Shown: positions 35,978 through 50,335, counted from the first letter of the stretch. The stretch is 64,000 nt of DNA from Calcarisporiella thermophila CBS 279.70 (GCF_041956535.1 NW_027192201.1:98060-162059); one strand, 5' to 3'. A program made the numbers and translations. Notes: generated by a model not told the origin, from the letters alone.

Positions 35978-37900
35978 TCATTCCTTAATGGGTTCCACTT
36001 CTGGCTGTTCGGGTAATTGGGGGCTAGCGTCTTTTACCATTCCATTGCTCATTTCGGCCCAAGGGTAAGGAGTGTTTCGCGCACTGGATTCTATGATTGT
36101 CAGTCTCTTCGGAGGAAATGGAGAGATTCTATTGGGTATAGGGGCGGGAGATAGGTCGATGTAGAGTAGATTTGGGGTTTTGACGTCCATATCCCCGTCA
36201 TCGATAAGAGATAGGTCGGTTGTGAGAGCGACGGGAATGGATTGAGTTATGGATTTGTATCTTTGTATTGTCACGGTGGAATCTCCCTCCTCACCCGTGG
36301 GCACTGCCATTGGCCCCGACGGCTGAGGGGTTGCAGCTAATTTCTCAGTCAGCACTATATTGGTATTGACGAGCTCCGTGTCAACCTTCACTATTGCTCT
36401 ATCATCACTCTGAATCCCTTCAGCGCACTGAATGGGCAGCGGAATGTCCGCATTCAGATGATTAGAGATGGCAAAGTCCCACACTTGCGAGGGGGACCAG
36501 AATAGCTGTTGGGCAGCGGGGCAGGACGCAGGTTTCCTGATGGGATTAGTGCGCTCCCACACAGGAGGCATTCTGTCCAGTCGCAGTGCCTCAACCAGCG
36601 AGACATTGCGCTTTCCCATCTGAATACTTGCGAAGTATGGGTGCCGCAAAAGTTGCAGTGCCGTTGGCCTTCGTGAAGGGTCTTTCCTCAGGCAAAAAGA
36701 GATGATATCCCTCAGCGCGGGCGAATAAGGTCGTGCGCACTCGAGCGGGTCTAGGCGTGGGGGATCACACTTCAGGATGAGACGCAGGATTTCGCGTTTC
36801 GGCACGCGGTGGTAAGGCGGGCGGCCATAGGCGAATTCGAGAGCAGTGATGCCGAAACTCCAGATATCCGCACGCGCGTCACATCCCTGACGCGTAATCA
36901 CCTCTGGAGCCATATATACCGGCGTTCCTCCACCATTCACTTTGTCTGCGTCCTCCATGCTCGAAATGCTTAATCCAAAATCCGCAAGTTTCAGATTTCC
37001 CGCTTTGTCAAGGAGCATATTTCCTGGTTTTACGTCACGGTGCACAAATCCGCTCGCATGGAGATAGACTAGGGCGGAGAGCAGCTGGGCAAGGAGCTGG
37101 GTTATCGCAAACTCCGGAAGACCATACGGGAAGAGAGTGCGAAGAATCTCGCGGCATGACCCGTAGTGGATAAGTGGAGTGACAATGTGCAGAGTCGTGT
37201 CGGCGACGAAGGCAGTGTGCACCGAGAGGAGATTGGCGTGTCGACAGAGATTCATAATTTGCGTTTCCCTCTGAGAGGAGATATCGAGTTAATGGAAATG
37301 AAGACAGCGAGAAAGCGGGGTGTATAGTTACCCTGGACTCGTCTATAAGGCATTGCGGAATCTGCTCGAAATCCACCGTCTTCAGAGCAATGGGAAATCC
37401 TTGGAAAGTCGCGTAGTACACCTTCGCAGACCCGCCGGTGCCTAACCAGGAGCGCATAAGAACGCGGAAAATGCATTATAATGAGAGATTGCTATTTAAG
37501 ACCCAAATGAAGAAGAAGTCATACCAATAAGGCGAATGTTTTTATAGTCTTCCTTGTTCGCCGAATAGACTATGCGTCCTTCCTCGCCCGAATCCTTCCT
37601 TGCCTCCCCGTCCCGTTCTTCAGACGAATTCTTCTTGCCTTTTTTACCCAACGAAGCGCGTCGCGCAAGAGTCACCACGCCCTTGAGCTTATCGTCAATG
37701 GAGAGTCTGCTAATAAAAGATCCTGAGGAGCTACGCTTTCGACGCGGAGGCACTTCCAAATTATTGCCACTGGTGGCAATAGACGGCCGCAGCACCTGGA
37801 GGCGCCTGGGCTTAGGCTTGGAGTTTTGTCCTAGAGGGAGATTATCGTCGAGAAGGTGGAGACTGCTGTCGGTCGAAACAAAAAACTCAACGGCCACCAT
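35978..37900 (-). CDS. STE20-group Ser/Thr kinase (OSR1/SPAK/Fray-like)
   Basis: IG|TGGSAKV, IALK, E in RETQIM, HRDVKPGN, DFG, GTPVYMAPE and ADIWSFGITALE; start approximate. Confidence 0.85.
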
Positions 37901-38466
37901 CAAATTGCTATTGCTGTTCTCAAGAATATTGAGGTCGGTGCCAGATAATATGTTAGGTGATTGAGCAAAAGAACAGTTATATATAAGGATGGAATGAAAT
38001 AGAATAAGATGCACAGGGAACACGTTCTCTGGGTAAACTGGGAGGAAAAGTATCAAGGTTAATATGGTTTTTATTGTTCAGTCGAGGCCAAAACAACAGT
38101 GGTTAGTGAGGGAGGAAATAAGAAAACGTACTTGGAGAGGAGTTGGAAAAGTGTGGAGCGTGCTCAATTTCTACCAGAGCCTCAAACAGGGTTAAGTGGT
38201 TTAGCGGCTTAGAGCCCGCAGTCACAACCTATCCACGAGCGCAGTTTTCTGTTCTGTAGAGTTTTCTTTCAGCTCCCAGCTCTTCTTGAATGGCTTCTTT
38301 GAAGCATTATATGGTTAGACCTATTTATCTCTGAAGTAGGAGTTGAAAGTTGTAGTATAGCGCTGAAAATAGACACCCCCCATTACCCCCCTTCCTTTCG
38401 CTAGCTTCATCATTGTAGTTCACATCCACTTCTATATATCTTCAGGAGCTTTTGAATTCGTGTCAA

Positions 38467-40315
38467 ATGCAAATGTATAGTCGCTTTAATACTCGTCACG
38501 CGAGAACCCTCTTACCGAAACCGAAAAATATAGCCACAATCTACTTTAGGCGTCACAAGGCAACCTCCTCCAGAAGGTTTGGCTTCGCGTAAGTACCTAT
38601 CGGTTGGATCTCCAGAATGTAAAAAAAAATAAATAAACGCCATCCTCGCTATCCTTTTCTGTTGATAGGTTCGATATCGATGGTGTTTTATTGAAGGGCG
38701 ACCGCGTGTTGCCTGAAGCCAAAAAGTATATGACACTATCTTGTCAATTCTCTTTTATGAAAGTTTAAATGCTTATATTGCTTCTTTATTTTATCTTCCA
38801 GGGTTTTGCGAGGATTGTCGGGCGAGAGCTCGGGAAGACGGTGTGTATTAATCAATAAGATAATAACGTAGCGACAATGACATTTCTAACTCCCTTTCTG
38901 AAGCCGTATACCCTTTATTCTTTTGACGAATGGAGGTGGAGTGACGGAAGAGGAGAAGGCATCGGAGCTCTCTGAGAAATTAGGTATCAGGGTAATGATA
39001 AATGTTCTCATTGACTTTTGGTTGGAACAGCTTTGCTAATAATAAACCCCCACGCTACAATAGATCTCACCTAGTGAGTTGGTGCTCTCTCATAGCCCGA
39101 TGTGTCAACTGGCTTCCGATTTTAGAAACAAGAATGTATTAGTAGTGGGGGGCGCGGGAAGAGCCTGCCAAACGGTGGCCAAAAAGTAATCCCCTGATGT
39201 ATACCAAAACTAAGCTTGATCTTTGCGTATTCATTGTTTTTTTGTTAGGTATGGCTTCGATCGCGTTATAGTTCCAGACGATATCCTTGCCAATGACCCG
39301 AGCATCTGGCCATTTAAAAAACTGCCGTACGATGAAATTGAACAAGCGCGCAAAATTGACTTTACACGGGAACCAATTGAGGCAGTGATGATGTTCCATG
39401 ATTCAAGAGATTGTGAGTGTCCTTTATTTAGGTTGTGGGAGCTCGTTTCCATTGTGAGACATGTTTGGACTGAATTTATTTTTTTCTATAGGGGGGAGAG
39501 ATTTGCAGATCGTGACGGATGTGCTGGTGTCGGAGGGAGGAGTTGTGGGCACCAGGAGAGAGGATCTAAGCAAGCAAGAAATACCACTTTTCTTTTCAAA
39601 TGTAAAATAGCGCCCTACTTCTTACCCAAATATCTCGTAAAGCTGACCTCTGTTCCAATCTTGATTATTGCGCTTCTTTTCTGGAATCCGGCCTTTCGAT
39701 TAGCCTGATATTGTATGAGATTTTATTGCCACCATAATCACTTCTTCGTTAGCCTAATAAGCCGATTTTTTCTCAAAATAGATTTGGAGTAATAATTTCC
39801 CGCTCCCCAGGCTTGCTCAGGGATCATTCCGTCTCGCTCTCAAGACTATATACAAAGTATTGCACTTCATTCTGAGATTCGAGATTGGATGCTAACTAAC
39901 CCTTATCTCCTGTGTCTTTAGGATCTTACTGGTCAGGAGCTAAAATACACACTGTTTGGGAAGCCAGAAAGGACTACCTACCAGTATGCGGAAAAGCTGT
40001 TGAATGAACATTCCAAGTTTATATACGGACAAACTATTGAAAGCGGAAGGGTTTACGGTGAGAAGCTGTTGCTATTCCATATATATGTGCGCTTAGCATA
40101 GGATACCAATGTCGTTATTTTTCGGTTTAGCTGTGGGAGATAACCCGGCTGCCGACATTGCGGGTGCCAACGCCTATGGTTGGACTTCCATTCTCGTGCG
40201 GACGGGAGTATTCCAGGGACCGGAAAACAAATCAGAACACCAGGCTGATTTCATAGCCGAGCACGTTGAAGAGGGAGTTCGATGGGCTCTGAGCAGAGAG
40301 GGAATGAGTCTATAA
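38467..40315 (+). CDS. HAD-IIA hydrolase (HDHD5/CECR5, YKR070W-like), probably mitochondrial
   Basis: Basic presequence; FGFA|FDIDGV, LTNGGG, SHSPM, FGKPE, VGDNPAADIAGA and LVRTGVF; many short exons. Confidence 0.9.
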
Positions 40316-40993
40316 CCTTTTCTGAAACAAAAAAGGGGAAATAAAGATCCAAAATTTTTGGGTTTTATTTAAAAAATTTTCTTAGTCCACGGAATTGGAG
40401 CACGTCATTCTCTCCCAGTGCATTCATACTTGCTATTGATCATTCTAAAATATGCGTAGCAGAAGCGGTCCATGTCTTCTATGTAGAAGACTGCTTTTCG
40501 AAGTCTCAAACTCGGTTGATGCTACCAGTGCACTAATGATGCAAAAGAGTGCAATTCAATTTTTTTGTAAGAAGATGACTGTAACACGAAATCAAAGATA
40601 TTGATCGTGTCACACACCAGATCCGGCCGTTGACTGGCCGGAAAATAAATGAAAACAGGGACAAGTTGGGGTGCTATTTTCCGAACTAGACGCTACCTGA
40701 TTGCTTCTATACTGTACTATGGGAGAAAGAGTACATTGAAAACTTACTTTTCGGTCTCCTTTGGCTTTGTTCTCTTTGTTCTTTCTTCTCGCTTTTTTTT
40801 CATCTCTCCCCCTTACTCTCTTTTTACATTCATTTCTTTTGCATTCATTTACCTAGCATTACTTTGCATTCGTTTCATTTCTTCTCTTGCATTACCGCCA
40901 TTTCGTTGCTTTGCTTATACCTTTCACAACCCATTCATTCCTGCCTTGCTTTGAAAATATCTCTTCACTCGCATATATACACAAGCATAAACA

Positions 40994-43391
40994 ATGACTA
41001 CAAGATATCATTCTGGAAATGATAGTCTAAGGATAGTGAAGCGTAAGTAGAGCATTCTAAAGAACATGGGAAGAGAGTGTCGACCGTTCATTTACTAACT
41101 TATCTATGGTTTCGTCTGGCTCTCATACAGGTCTCTTTCCTTTCGACATCATATTCGGTGACGACAATAAACCCACTATAACCTCTAGACAACCTGCAGC
41201 CACATCCTCGTCTACCCTGCCCGCCAAAACATCCGCCAAACCCTCAGGGACGACCATCCTACCCACTCCTACAACTGGCGGTAAGCCAAGTGAGCCGACT
41301 AAATCTCAGCCCAGCGGTGGGTTAGGATCAGGAAGGGGAAAAGAGAAGGAAGATAAGGGTTCGAAGGACGCAGAAGAAGAGGATAAAGAGGAAGAAAAAG
41401 AGAGCAACGACTCTGACGAGGATGAGGACAGTGGCGAAAGTGACGAGAGTGATGATGGCGGAGATGACAGTGAGGGAGATGAGAATGAAGGCGAGGAAGG
41501 AGAAGAAGATGAGGAGGAGGATAGCATTGATGATGAAGACGACGACGATAGTGAAGAGGGCGATAGCGAAGAAGAAAACAACGAGGAGGAGTCAGAGGAA
41601 GACGAAGGTAACGAGGAAGATAAGGGCGATAAGAAAAGTGAAGAGGCAAATCAAGGAGGCGACTTTGAACAAGAGAAGAACAAAGAAAACTCCGGTTCTC
41701 TCCCCACACCGATTGCGTCTTCTCCGTCCAGAAGCAGTTCGACCTCTATGTACACTTCGATACTGACAATTCCGCGATCCACCTCCTCCTCCTCTTCCTC
41801 CCCCTCCCCTTCCTCCTTCTCCTCTTCCACCCAATCCTCAGCCCCACCTACCAACACCTTTGCTCCACTCTCTTGCCTCCCAGATAAACAGAATCCAGGC
41901 ATGAAAACCTGCATCGCTGATTATCTCTACTGCGACGAACCCACTGGCAGATGCCTTCCTAAAATTGCCCTTGGAAGCAATTGTACCATCGACACCCAGT
42001 GCTTTTCGAGCACATGTATGAATCGCGTCTGCGTGGATCGTAGCGCAGCCGCCAAAGATTTGATCTTGAAGGACGAGTCAGGCACGACGATAGAGGCAGG
42101 GAAAGTGTCCGGCATCGTGATTGGGGCCGTGATGGGGGTGGCCTTGTTTGTGTTCGGGGTCAGGAGGTTACGAAGGAGAGAGCCAAGTCGTAGTTTGACG
42201 ACCTCGATGGTAATGGGCCCGAAGAGCAGCGGGGGCAATGGAGGTGCGCCGATGGCATTCCATTCAAATAACTTCGGCGCAAGATCCAGAGGCAGTGGAA
42301 GTACCAGCAGCTTCAGCGTACACAGCGTGAGACGTAGCTCCCCTCTCAGCACAAGTCAATTCACTGCTGCCGATCTCCAGGCCGAAAATTCGCGTCCTGC
42401 AAACCCGCCTGCCGCCAGAGAGCCCTCCAGGGCCTCAACCCAAGTTGAGACGGTGGATTATTCCAACGGTTCACGCAGTGAGAGCCCTATGTCGGCGGCG
42501 AGCAAACGCATGTCCAAGTATAATTTCTTGTCGCAGGCGCTCACGCAAATGCGTGAAAGCGTTTCGTCCAGTGAGTCCAGTGGAAGGGAGCGGGAATCGT
42601 TTAACGATAAGAGCCCTTCGAGAGCGGTCAAGTCAACCGCTTTGACCGACTCCTATATTACAATTGAAGAGTCCCCTGCCGAGCCCTTGAAGCCGCAAGC
42701 CAGCCTGCCGGAGAATAAAGAGTACGTGGTCGAGATGGAGACAGGATACGCAGTCACTGGGAACCAGTACGAAGAGCAGCAGGATGCTGACTATTACATG
42801 CAAGGCTACACCGACGTTACTCCCGAGCAGGAGCAATACATGCATCAACAAGTGGGCTATGCACATCCTTATTCCAGCGACCAAGAATACTTTGACTATG
42901 CCCAACAGCAGCAGTCACAGCAGGAATACTATGATGCGATCGCGCAAAACCAAGTCTACAACATGGGCGACCAATCTCGAAATTCCCAACGCTACTCTGT
43001 GTACCGCTCCGCCAGCGATGGTGCCACTAAAATACCCAGTCGCACCAGCTTGAGGCGGTCGCTGTCTCATCCCTCGGACTCATCCTTGTATGCCCCCTAT
43101 TTTGCCAACTATGGCCAGGATCCTGCCGTCTTCCAAGCAGGCCACCAGGTCCCCACCCGCCCCCCATTACAAGCCTTGCCCCCTACCCCGGGAGCTCAGG
43201 CAGTAGACGCAGACGAGCTACCACCCCCGCCTAATGCATACCTGCAGGATAGAAGCGATATTGCTCAACTGCCACGCAGCAGTTTCGGGACCTCTCTCGC
43301 GAACATGGTGATGGAAGCCCAGTTCAACAAACGTCAGACGAAATACCTTGGCCGTGGCAACGGAATCCCTAATGACTATAACTATATCTAA
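40994..43391 (+). CDS. Single-pass surface protein: Ser/Thr-rich, long acidic tract, 8-Cys module, TM, long Ser/Tyr/Gln-rich tail
   Basis: 761-codon ORF plus a short first exon (GT-AG); TM VSGIVIGAVMGVALFVFGV followed by RRLRRR. Confidence 0.8.
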
Positions 43392-43826
43392 TTATCTTCC
43401 TCCCCCCAAACAAAAAAATAACGGAGTCTATTTCCGATATTGTAATCATATCACCAGGGTATACTTCATTTCGTAAGGCTATTGATATTATCTACATTTA
43501 GTGTTAAGGCATACTCGTTCGTGAAAGGATAATCCCTTTGTATTGACTCTATTTTCCTTCTATATCACATTGTTATTCTATCATTCATTCAGATATTTGC
43601 AGTATGAAATAAAGCGTTTGACTAAAAAGATCATCATCGCAATATATTCGTTTAAAATTATTGAGTGGTACAATTATAATCACATTAGAGAAATTAAAAC
43701 ACAATATAGGGGCTATCTTCTAATCGAAGCAAAGATAACCTTATCGTAACCACAAGGTAGTATAAATTGTTTGATTAATCGGGTAAATGGCAGAAAGACG
43801 GGCGGGAATCAAGCTCTATTCGAGAT

Positions 43827-46621
43827 TTACCACAACTGGCACTTCTTTTGAGGGTTCATAGGAGAGCCCGGCGCGCACTAAAAAAAAAAAAGAAAAGAGG
43901 GGGTACCATTAGGAAGGATTCGACTTTTGAGCGGAATGATTCAGGTTTCATACCTTGAATGCGTCAGCAAAGGCCGGAGAGTTCACAACCGCCCCATTGA
44001 CGCGCCAGCGGGGAGGTGAGTGGGGATCTGTTCTCACTTGGTTCACCAAAGAAGCCGGCCGGGTATTTTCGCACCAGACACGAGCATAAGCAACGAAGAA
44101 GAGCTGCTCACGGGTGAACTTTTCCAAACCAGGGATGAGTCGGTTATTGTACTTTTGCATCTGAGGATCGGACTGGAAGCGACGTTGCCAGGAGATAAAA
44201 GCATTATTCAATCCACCATTATCCGCGATGTTCTCGCCCTGTGTTAATTTGCCGTTCACGTTCACGTCCTTGCCATTCTCATCCTTGATGGTGAAGTTGC
44301 CGTATCTGTCCAAAGCGATGGGTGAAATTGAAGTTAGGTACACTCAAATCAAGGACCTTGAAGTATCCAAAAATTCCCCACTTACTCGTCGATGAAACAC
44401 TGGGCGCGCTCCTCGAAAGCTTTGGTCGTGGCGTTCGTCCACCACTCAACCATGGAGCCGTTTGCGGCGAACAGACGCCCACTGTTATCGAATGCGTGTG
44501 AAATTTCTAGTAAAAATGTACATCATACAGGGTGAGCGAACAAATGTTTACTATCATCTTGAAGATAGAATCTCATACCATGTCCAACTACAACGCCCAT
44601 ACCACCAAAGTTCAAGCTATGGTGAAAAGCAAAAGGATCGCGCGGTAATGATTAGATATCAACTTGCAACTATGCTCGCTATAGGGCACTCACTATTCGG
44701 GAAGCTTGGCGTTAAAGAAGGGTGTTTGGAGGATTCCGGCAGGGAAAACTATTTCATTGAAGAGAGGACTATAGTAGGCTAGTTAGGAGAAAGGGGCAAG
44801 AGCGGAATTAGAGTTGGTCAGACGGAAAGGTTAGAGAAGTGAAGGTTGATCTACCGTTGACGGTCTGAGGATTCATCTGCCAGATTGATTTATCGACAGG
44901 TTTCCCGTATTCACTGAAGGCTTTCGCAGCCAGGACTTGGTTCGCACGCAGCACGTTGCCGAAATAGTCATCCGCTGTGGCAGTGACCCCTTCGTAGTAT
45001 TTTGCGATTGAAGCAGGCGACATGATATTCGGGTTTTGGGTTCCGTAGCCGATCTTTTGCACAAGTGCCGCTAGCTTCTCTTGCGCAATGCTGCGGGTTT
45101 GATCGTCGAGCCAGTTGGCATTCGGGAAGGTAACCTCCTTGAGGGTTGTGCGCAGACCTTGGATCATGTCGTCGGCGACTTCCTTAGAATTGCCGGGGAA
45201 AGCCTTAAGCACGAAATACCTTCCAAGAGACTGCCCCAAGTAAGGCGTGATGGCTCTGACACAAGTCTTCCAGCGCGGGGGGAAAACATCTGCGGAAACG
45301 CCCGAGAGTTTTTCCGACAGACGCCGCAGCGGCATCTGGTACTTGATCCCGAGTCCTCCCACGAAATAGTTGATGGAGCGGAAGATCAAATAGGCCTGCA
45401 CTGTAGAGGCGGGAGTCTTGGCGAGAATCTCGTTAGAGAGTTTGTTGTAATAGGTTGGCGAGTCAATGATAACCGTCTCCGGGAGCGTGGCGCCCTCACC
45501 GAGCAAGCCTTGGAGGTATGCTTTCCAGTCTACTGCCGGGGAGAGCTGCGCTAGGTCGGTGAGCTTGGTCGGGTTGTAAGTTTTGATGTTGTCGGCTTTT
45601 TCTTCGCTGTGTGATACAGAGACGGGCAAGTGAGTTTAAGGAGATATAAAAGGCTAATTTGTTGCCATAACAACAATAGAGTTTAGCGAACTTACGCTGT
45701 CAAAGTGATGTTGGCAATTTGCGTCTCAAATTGGACCACTTGCTCCGCCAGCTTGGTCCACGTCTCATTTCCTACCTGAGTGTTTGGCCACAGGGTTGGG
45801 GCCAGCTCGCCGAGGACGAGGGCAAACACATCAGCGACTGCCGTCTTGTAGGCATCGATCGTGGCTTGCTCGCTGTAATACTCCTTGCTGGAAAGTCCAA
45901 GAGTGCTTTCCGTCACCCACAGCACATTCTTGTTGGTATCCTTGGCATCCGCATCGACAAATGTGTAGAATGGCCCGGAAACCTGGGCCCTACCCTGAGA
46001 GCCTATGTTGTGCCGCTCCATCTGGGCAAACACCTTGGCAAGGGTGGCGGCGTCCGCAGCGGGGGCTTGTTGTGGCTGCTCCCCAGTGACGTACTGAGGA
46101 AGTGGCTGCTGTAGAGGGAGATTGTCGGTGACAAGCTTGACCACCTGGAGGGCCGGCTGTGCGTTTTTCGACGCAATGGTTGCATTGTCCATACAGGAGC
46201 GGTAGAAGTCGACGAGGGTCTGGTGGTTGGTCTGGTCGACCTTGTTCTCGTCCTCTGTAACGTTAGGAGCGGCCGCGAATGGGCTCTCCAGAACTGAACG
46301 GAGGAGCTCCAGGTTGCGGTCGTTTAAGATGTCAAAAGTGCCGATATATGGCTTATCGGGGGGGATCTCGTGCGTGGCCAGGAAGTTGCCGCAGGAGTAC
46401 TCGAAGAAATCAGTACAAGGGTCGGCGGTGAAGTTTCCGTCCTTGGTGATGCCGTCCGCTGCGTCCTTGCACTCCTGATCAGCGCACTGCTCCGAGGAAG
46501 GAGCTTGACGCCGGTTCCAGTGGCCGCGGGGGGCTGCTTCCGCACTCCTCAAGAGGAGGCCGGCGGAGGCCACGAGAATGGACGAGATGACGAGAGCCCT
46601 TCGTAAGCTAAAGGCCTTCAT
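43827..46621 (-). CDS. M13 family zinc metallopeptidase (neprilysin/ECE-like)
   Basis: N-terminal signal/anchor; ADPCTDFFEYSCG, VN|AYY, FPAGIL, GH|EISHAFD, GENIADNGG, DPHSP and C-terminal CQLW. Confidence 0.95.
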
Positions 46622-47441
46622 GAGTTGGGCAACTAAGCAAAGATGAACACGGATGAAGAATACGCGAGAAGAGGGAAGACGAGAAGCGAAGACCAGGGGG
46701 AAAACGGAGGGAATCAATCGCGCATTGTCCAATTTTATACTGCGGGTGTGCGAATTGAACACAAAACCTTAAGCTTTGATAGGAGGCGGTTTATTATTCT
46801 CAGGGCGCATGACCATCGAATCCAAACGGGCCCGCTTTGGCTTTTTTTTTTCGCTTCGAATAACCTAAAATCTCTCCTGCACGCCCTCCTCCTCCTCCTG
46901 AGCAAATGAGCCGATGGCAGCTATAAGTGGCAACAAGTGCGCGAGCCTCTTGATCCGTCTGATACTTTTCCCGATTGAGCCGCAGTGCGTCAAACAGAAA
47001 GAACATAGTCCCTGCGGGCTAGACGCAATAAAGCATAAATGAACAAACATTCCATGGACTGAAACACCGGCTGCCAATGTTTCCCTCTTCGCTTGTGCTC
47101 TGCCTGCCTCCACTCACTATCCTGCGGATGGCATAATGCCCACATTGCGTGCTACATCTTCCCATCGTCTCCACGATATTGGCTCGATTCCTCTTTATCG
47201 ATTATACGTGACAGTACCGGGTGCGTGACGGTTGGGCCTTGGAGCCAAGAATTTTCCACGAGGATTTGCTATTCACCCCTATATAAGCAGAGCGAATGAG
47301 TTTATTAAGTAACCTCATAAGCAGTAACAAGGTTTTGGCGGATAATAATTTTCAAGCCACGGCAGTCACAGTGAACACTCACGTGAAATCCTACAAAGTC
47401 GATGAAATGTCGAAGATATATGATAATTGCTCTGCAGCATT

Positions 47442-49754
47442 ATGGTCGTGCCGTGCTATCCCACTAGCGTAACAATCCGCGTGCAAGCGCCAGACCCAGA
47501 GGCTACTCTTACACAGGGCCGCGCGTTTTACGACCATCATAACGGGGTTACTTGCATTTCTTCAAGCGGAATTAGAATAGGGAAATTCGTTTTCACTTGG
47601 TAATTTTAAGAATCGCTGTCGCGCACGAATCACCATTAGCTAATGTTTGCGGTATGTTGTAGCGCTAGCCTTATTACATCATGTTTAGAGGTAAGTCCGT
47701 TTTTCAATGAATAGGATGCGACTTCATTTAGTTCTCAATTCCTCTCTCTTTTAGGTTGAAAGTACAACACACAAAGCTAGACTAAGTGATCAATGTAGAG
47801 TCGAATTCCTCTCCACTCAATGTAGATACTTTATCATGTAATTTCTCCGTGAATTGCGTATTTATTGTCCTGCTTTTTTTCATTTATAATAGCTAATCCT
47901 CAAGAATGGCAGCCACTTTCATTCGTTACCCTCGCTGAACTCAAGCATATTCGTTCCAGTCTTTCGAAGCTTACTCAAAATAATGCATCATTATGGGAGT
48001 TTGGATGGGGAGGTGTTCTGCCGCGTTGCAGCTTAAGTGGACTGCAAGAGTTCTCTATGAATAATATAGGTATTTGCAGTCTTGCATTATTTTCATCCAA
48101 TAGTGTGGACGACTATGGAGAGGCAATGACAGCAAATGTAGGGAAACAGGAGGTAAGTTCAACCATGCTGATCCCGACTGCACTATCTAATTGATTGCAT
48201 TGTAGATTGGCCAAGAGTTAACTATTCTGGCGTCTCCATTTGGTCTTTCTTGTCCTCGGGTACTGGCAGATACGGAGTGGAGAGGTGTGCTTGCAAATAA
48301 GGTGGATTTTGAGGGAGAGCATGGTCTATTTCTTACGGATGTGAGAACCTTTCCGGGGATGGAGGGTGGCGCTGTCTATCTAGAGGAGGATGGTTCATTC
48401 GCGGGCATGTTAATGCTCCCATTACGGTAACCATGGATGGTTTTCTATGTCTTCACTTCAATGATTGAACTTGACGCTTCCTCTTAAGACGAAAAAATTC
48501 AGATCCTGTAGATCTAAGTCTGATTATTCCCGCACAATCCTTGTTCAGCGCCCTTGAACCATATATCCGACCCTATGTAAAGCAATCTTCAGAGAAAAAG
48601 GACCTTAAGCTGCCGAGGATATTGCAGGAAGCAGCTTCAGCCGTCGTTCGAATCGAGGTGGCTGATACTTGGGGATCAGGATTATTGGTATCGTCGCATG
48701 GCTGTATGTGTAACCGCTATCTGACTTGAGCATTGTTTATCTCATATGTTGCAACTTACTGCTTAGATATCCTCACCAATGCACATGTCGTCTCGCCCAT
48801 CCTTGAAGAGGAAAAGGCCTGTTTTTGGCCTAAGCGGAAAAAACATAGGCTCTTCAGAATTGGAGTCTGTGACTATGGGCGAACCACGGTATGACAGAAT
48901 ATGGCTATCCCACGATAGCTTGGGATCAAACTTAAACCATATTGCCATTGTAGTGGTATCACGATATTGAGCTAGTATTTGTTTCGCGGTCACAGTGGGA
49001 TGTGGCCATCTTGCATGTCCCAGAGCTAAGCGGAAGATACCATCTGGAGCTACCGCTGAGAAGGTAGGCTTTTTCCGAGTGGAATGACGAAGCACAAATG
49101 CAGCAATGATATTTCTTCCCTTTAGTCCTCTCCCCAAAAAGGGCGATAGTGTTTTTGCTATTGGCCACGGACTCTTTGGCCCCGCAACAGGAATGTCCCC
49201 GACTATCACTCGAGGCATTCTTGCCAACGTGGTAAAACATCAGGGAGATCCCGTTTTACTTGTGACGAATTGTAAAGTTCACCGTGGCTGTAGTGGTGGT
49301 CCCTTACTAGACGAAAAAGGGAGAATAGTTGGGCTTATTACAAGTAAGACTTATTAGCTTATTCTTTTTTTTTATTCTATTATATTTTTTCCACGGTGAT
49401 TATGAACCATAATTTCAACCATGTTTATCAGGTAATGCCCGGACGTCAGGAGGAGCGACTATTATAGAAATAAACTTTGCAATTCCCGCCGGAGTTCTCG
49501 GGGCGGTACGTGATTTCTTGGAACATAAAGGCAGGTTCTCCATTTATTCGAGTTTAAATTGGCATGATTTTGAGGAATATCCTATCGTTTAGACTCGAAG
49601 CCACTTGAGGACCTAGCTACAGTCAACCGCGAACTAATGGATATTTGGCTCCTGCGGCCAGAGCCCAAAGGTAAAAAGATTTTCCCGTCTCCTTACCTCC
49701 TCTTTTCACCGACGCTTTTTTCTTGTGCTTGTAGATATACCGGCTAAATTGTGA
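47442..49754 (+). CDS. Peroxisomal trypsin-like processing protease (DEG15/TYSND1-like)
   Basis: IRVQAPDP...SSSG, ASPFG, FPGMEGG, WGSG, LTNAHVV (His), DVAIL (Asp), VHRGCSGG (Ser) and C-terminal PTS1 AKL. Confidence 0.88.
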
Positions 49755-50335
49755 TTTAGAACTGTAATTTTAAATGATAAAATAAATATTTATCTGGTTA
49801 GGCGACTAAAATGTTGAGTTAAAATGTCTGCCGTCCGCATTTTACTATGATCGCGATAATTTGCATTCTAACTTTCTCACCCATCTGACAAAATTTTGTT
49901 TTCTCTCAACTTAACATGCTGGGCCTGCGTCGATTGATGTAGACAGGAGCCAAGAGATATGGCAGCGATACACTTGATATTCAACCCAATGTGACTCTAT
50001 CGTTCTCGGTAATATCCGTGGGCATTATGTCGCTCCCAAGAAAAAGGCGTCTCATTAGCATTTGCATGGGTCTCAGTTGTGTATTAGGTGCATTCATGAA
50101 AGTGGTTATTAAAATTTTAATTGAAAGGCGCGGTAATCAATACTGAAAGGAAAAGAGCACAGCACCAAAGAGCAAAGAAGAAGAGAAACCAAGCAAAGGA
50201 AAAGAAAATTAACAGGCATGAAGAGAAAAAGTCTAAAAAACTTCAGATAAAATTGATTTCGGATTAACATCGATGAGAAGGTATATAGAAACACAGAAAA
50301 ACAAACTAAAAACAAGAGGCATTACCATATATTCA

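Noticed and set aside
40555-40640. Sm-site-like AATTTTTTTG followed by two hairpins (snRNA?)
   Set aside because: No similarity to U1, U2, U4 or U5 that I can recognise; T-runs are ubiquitous here.
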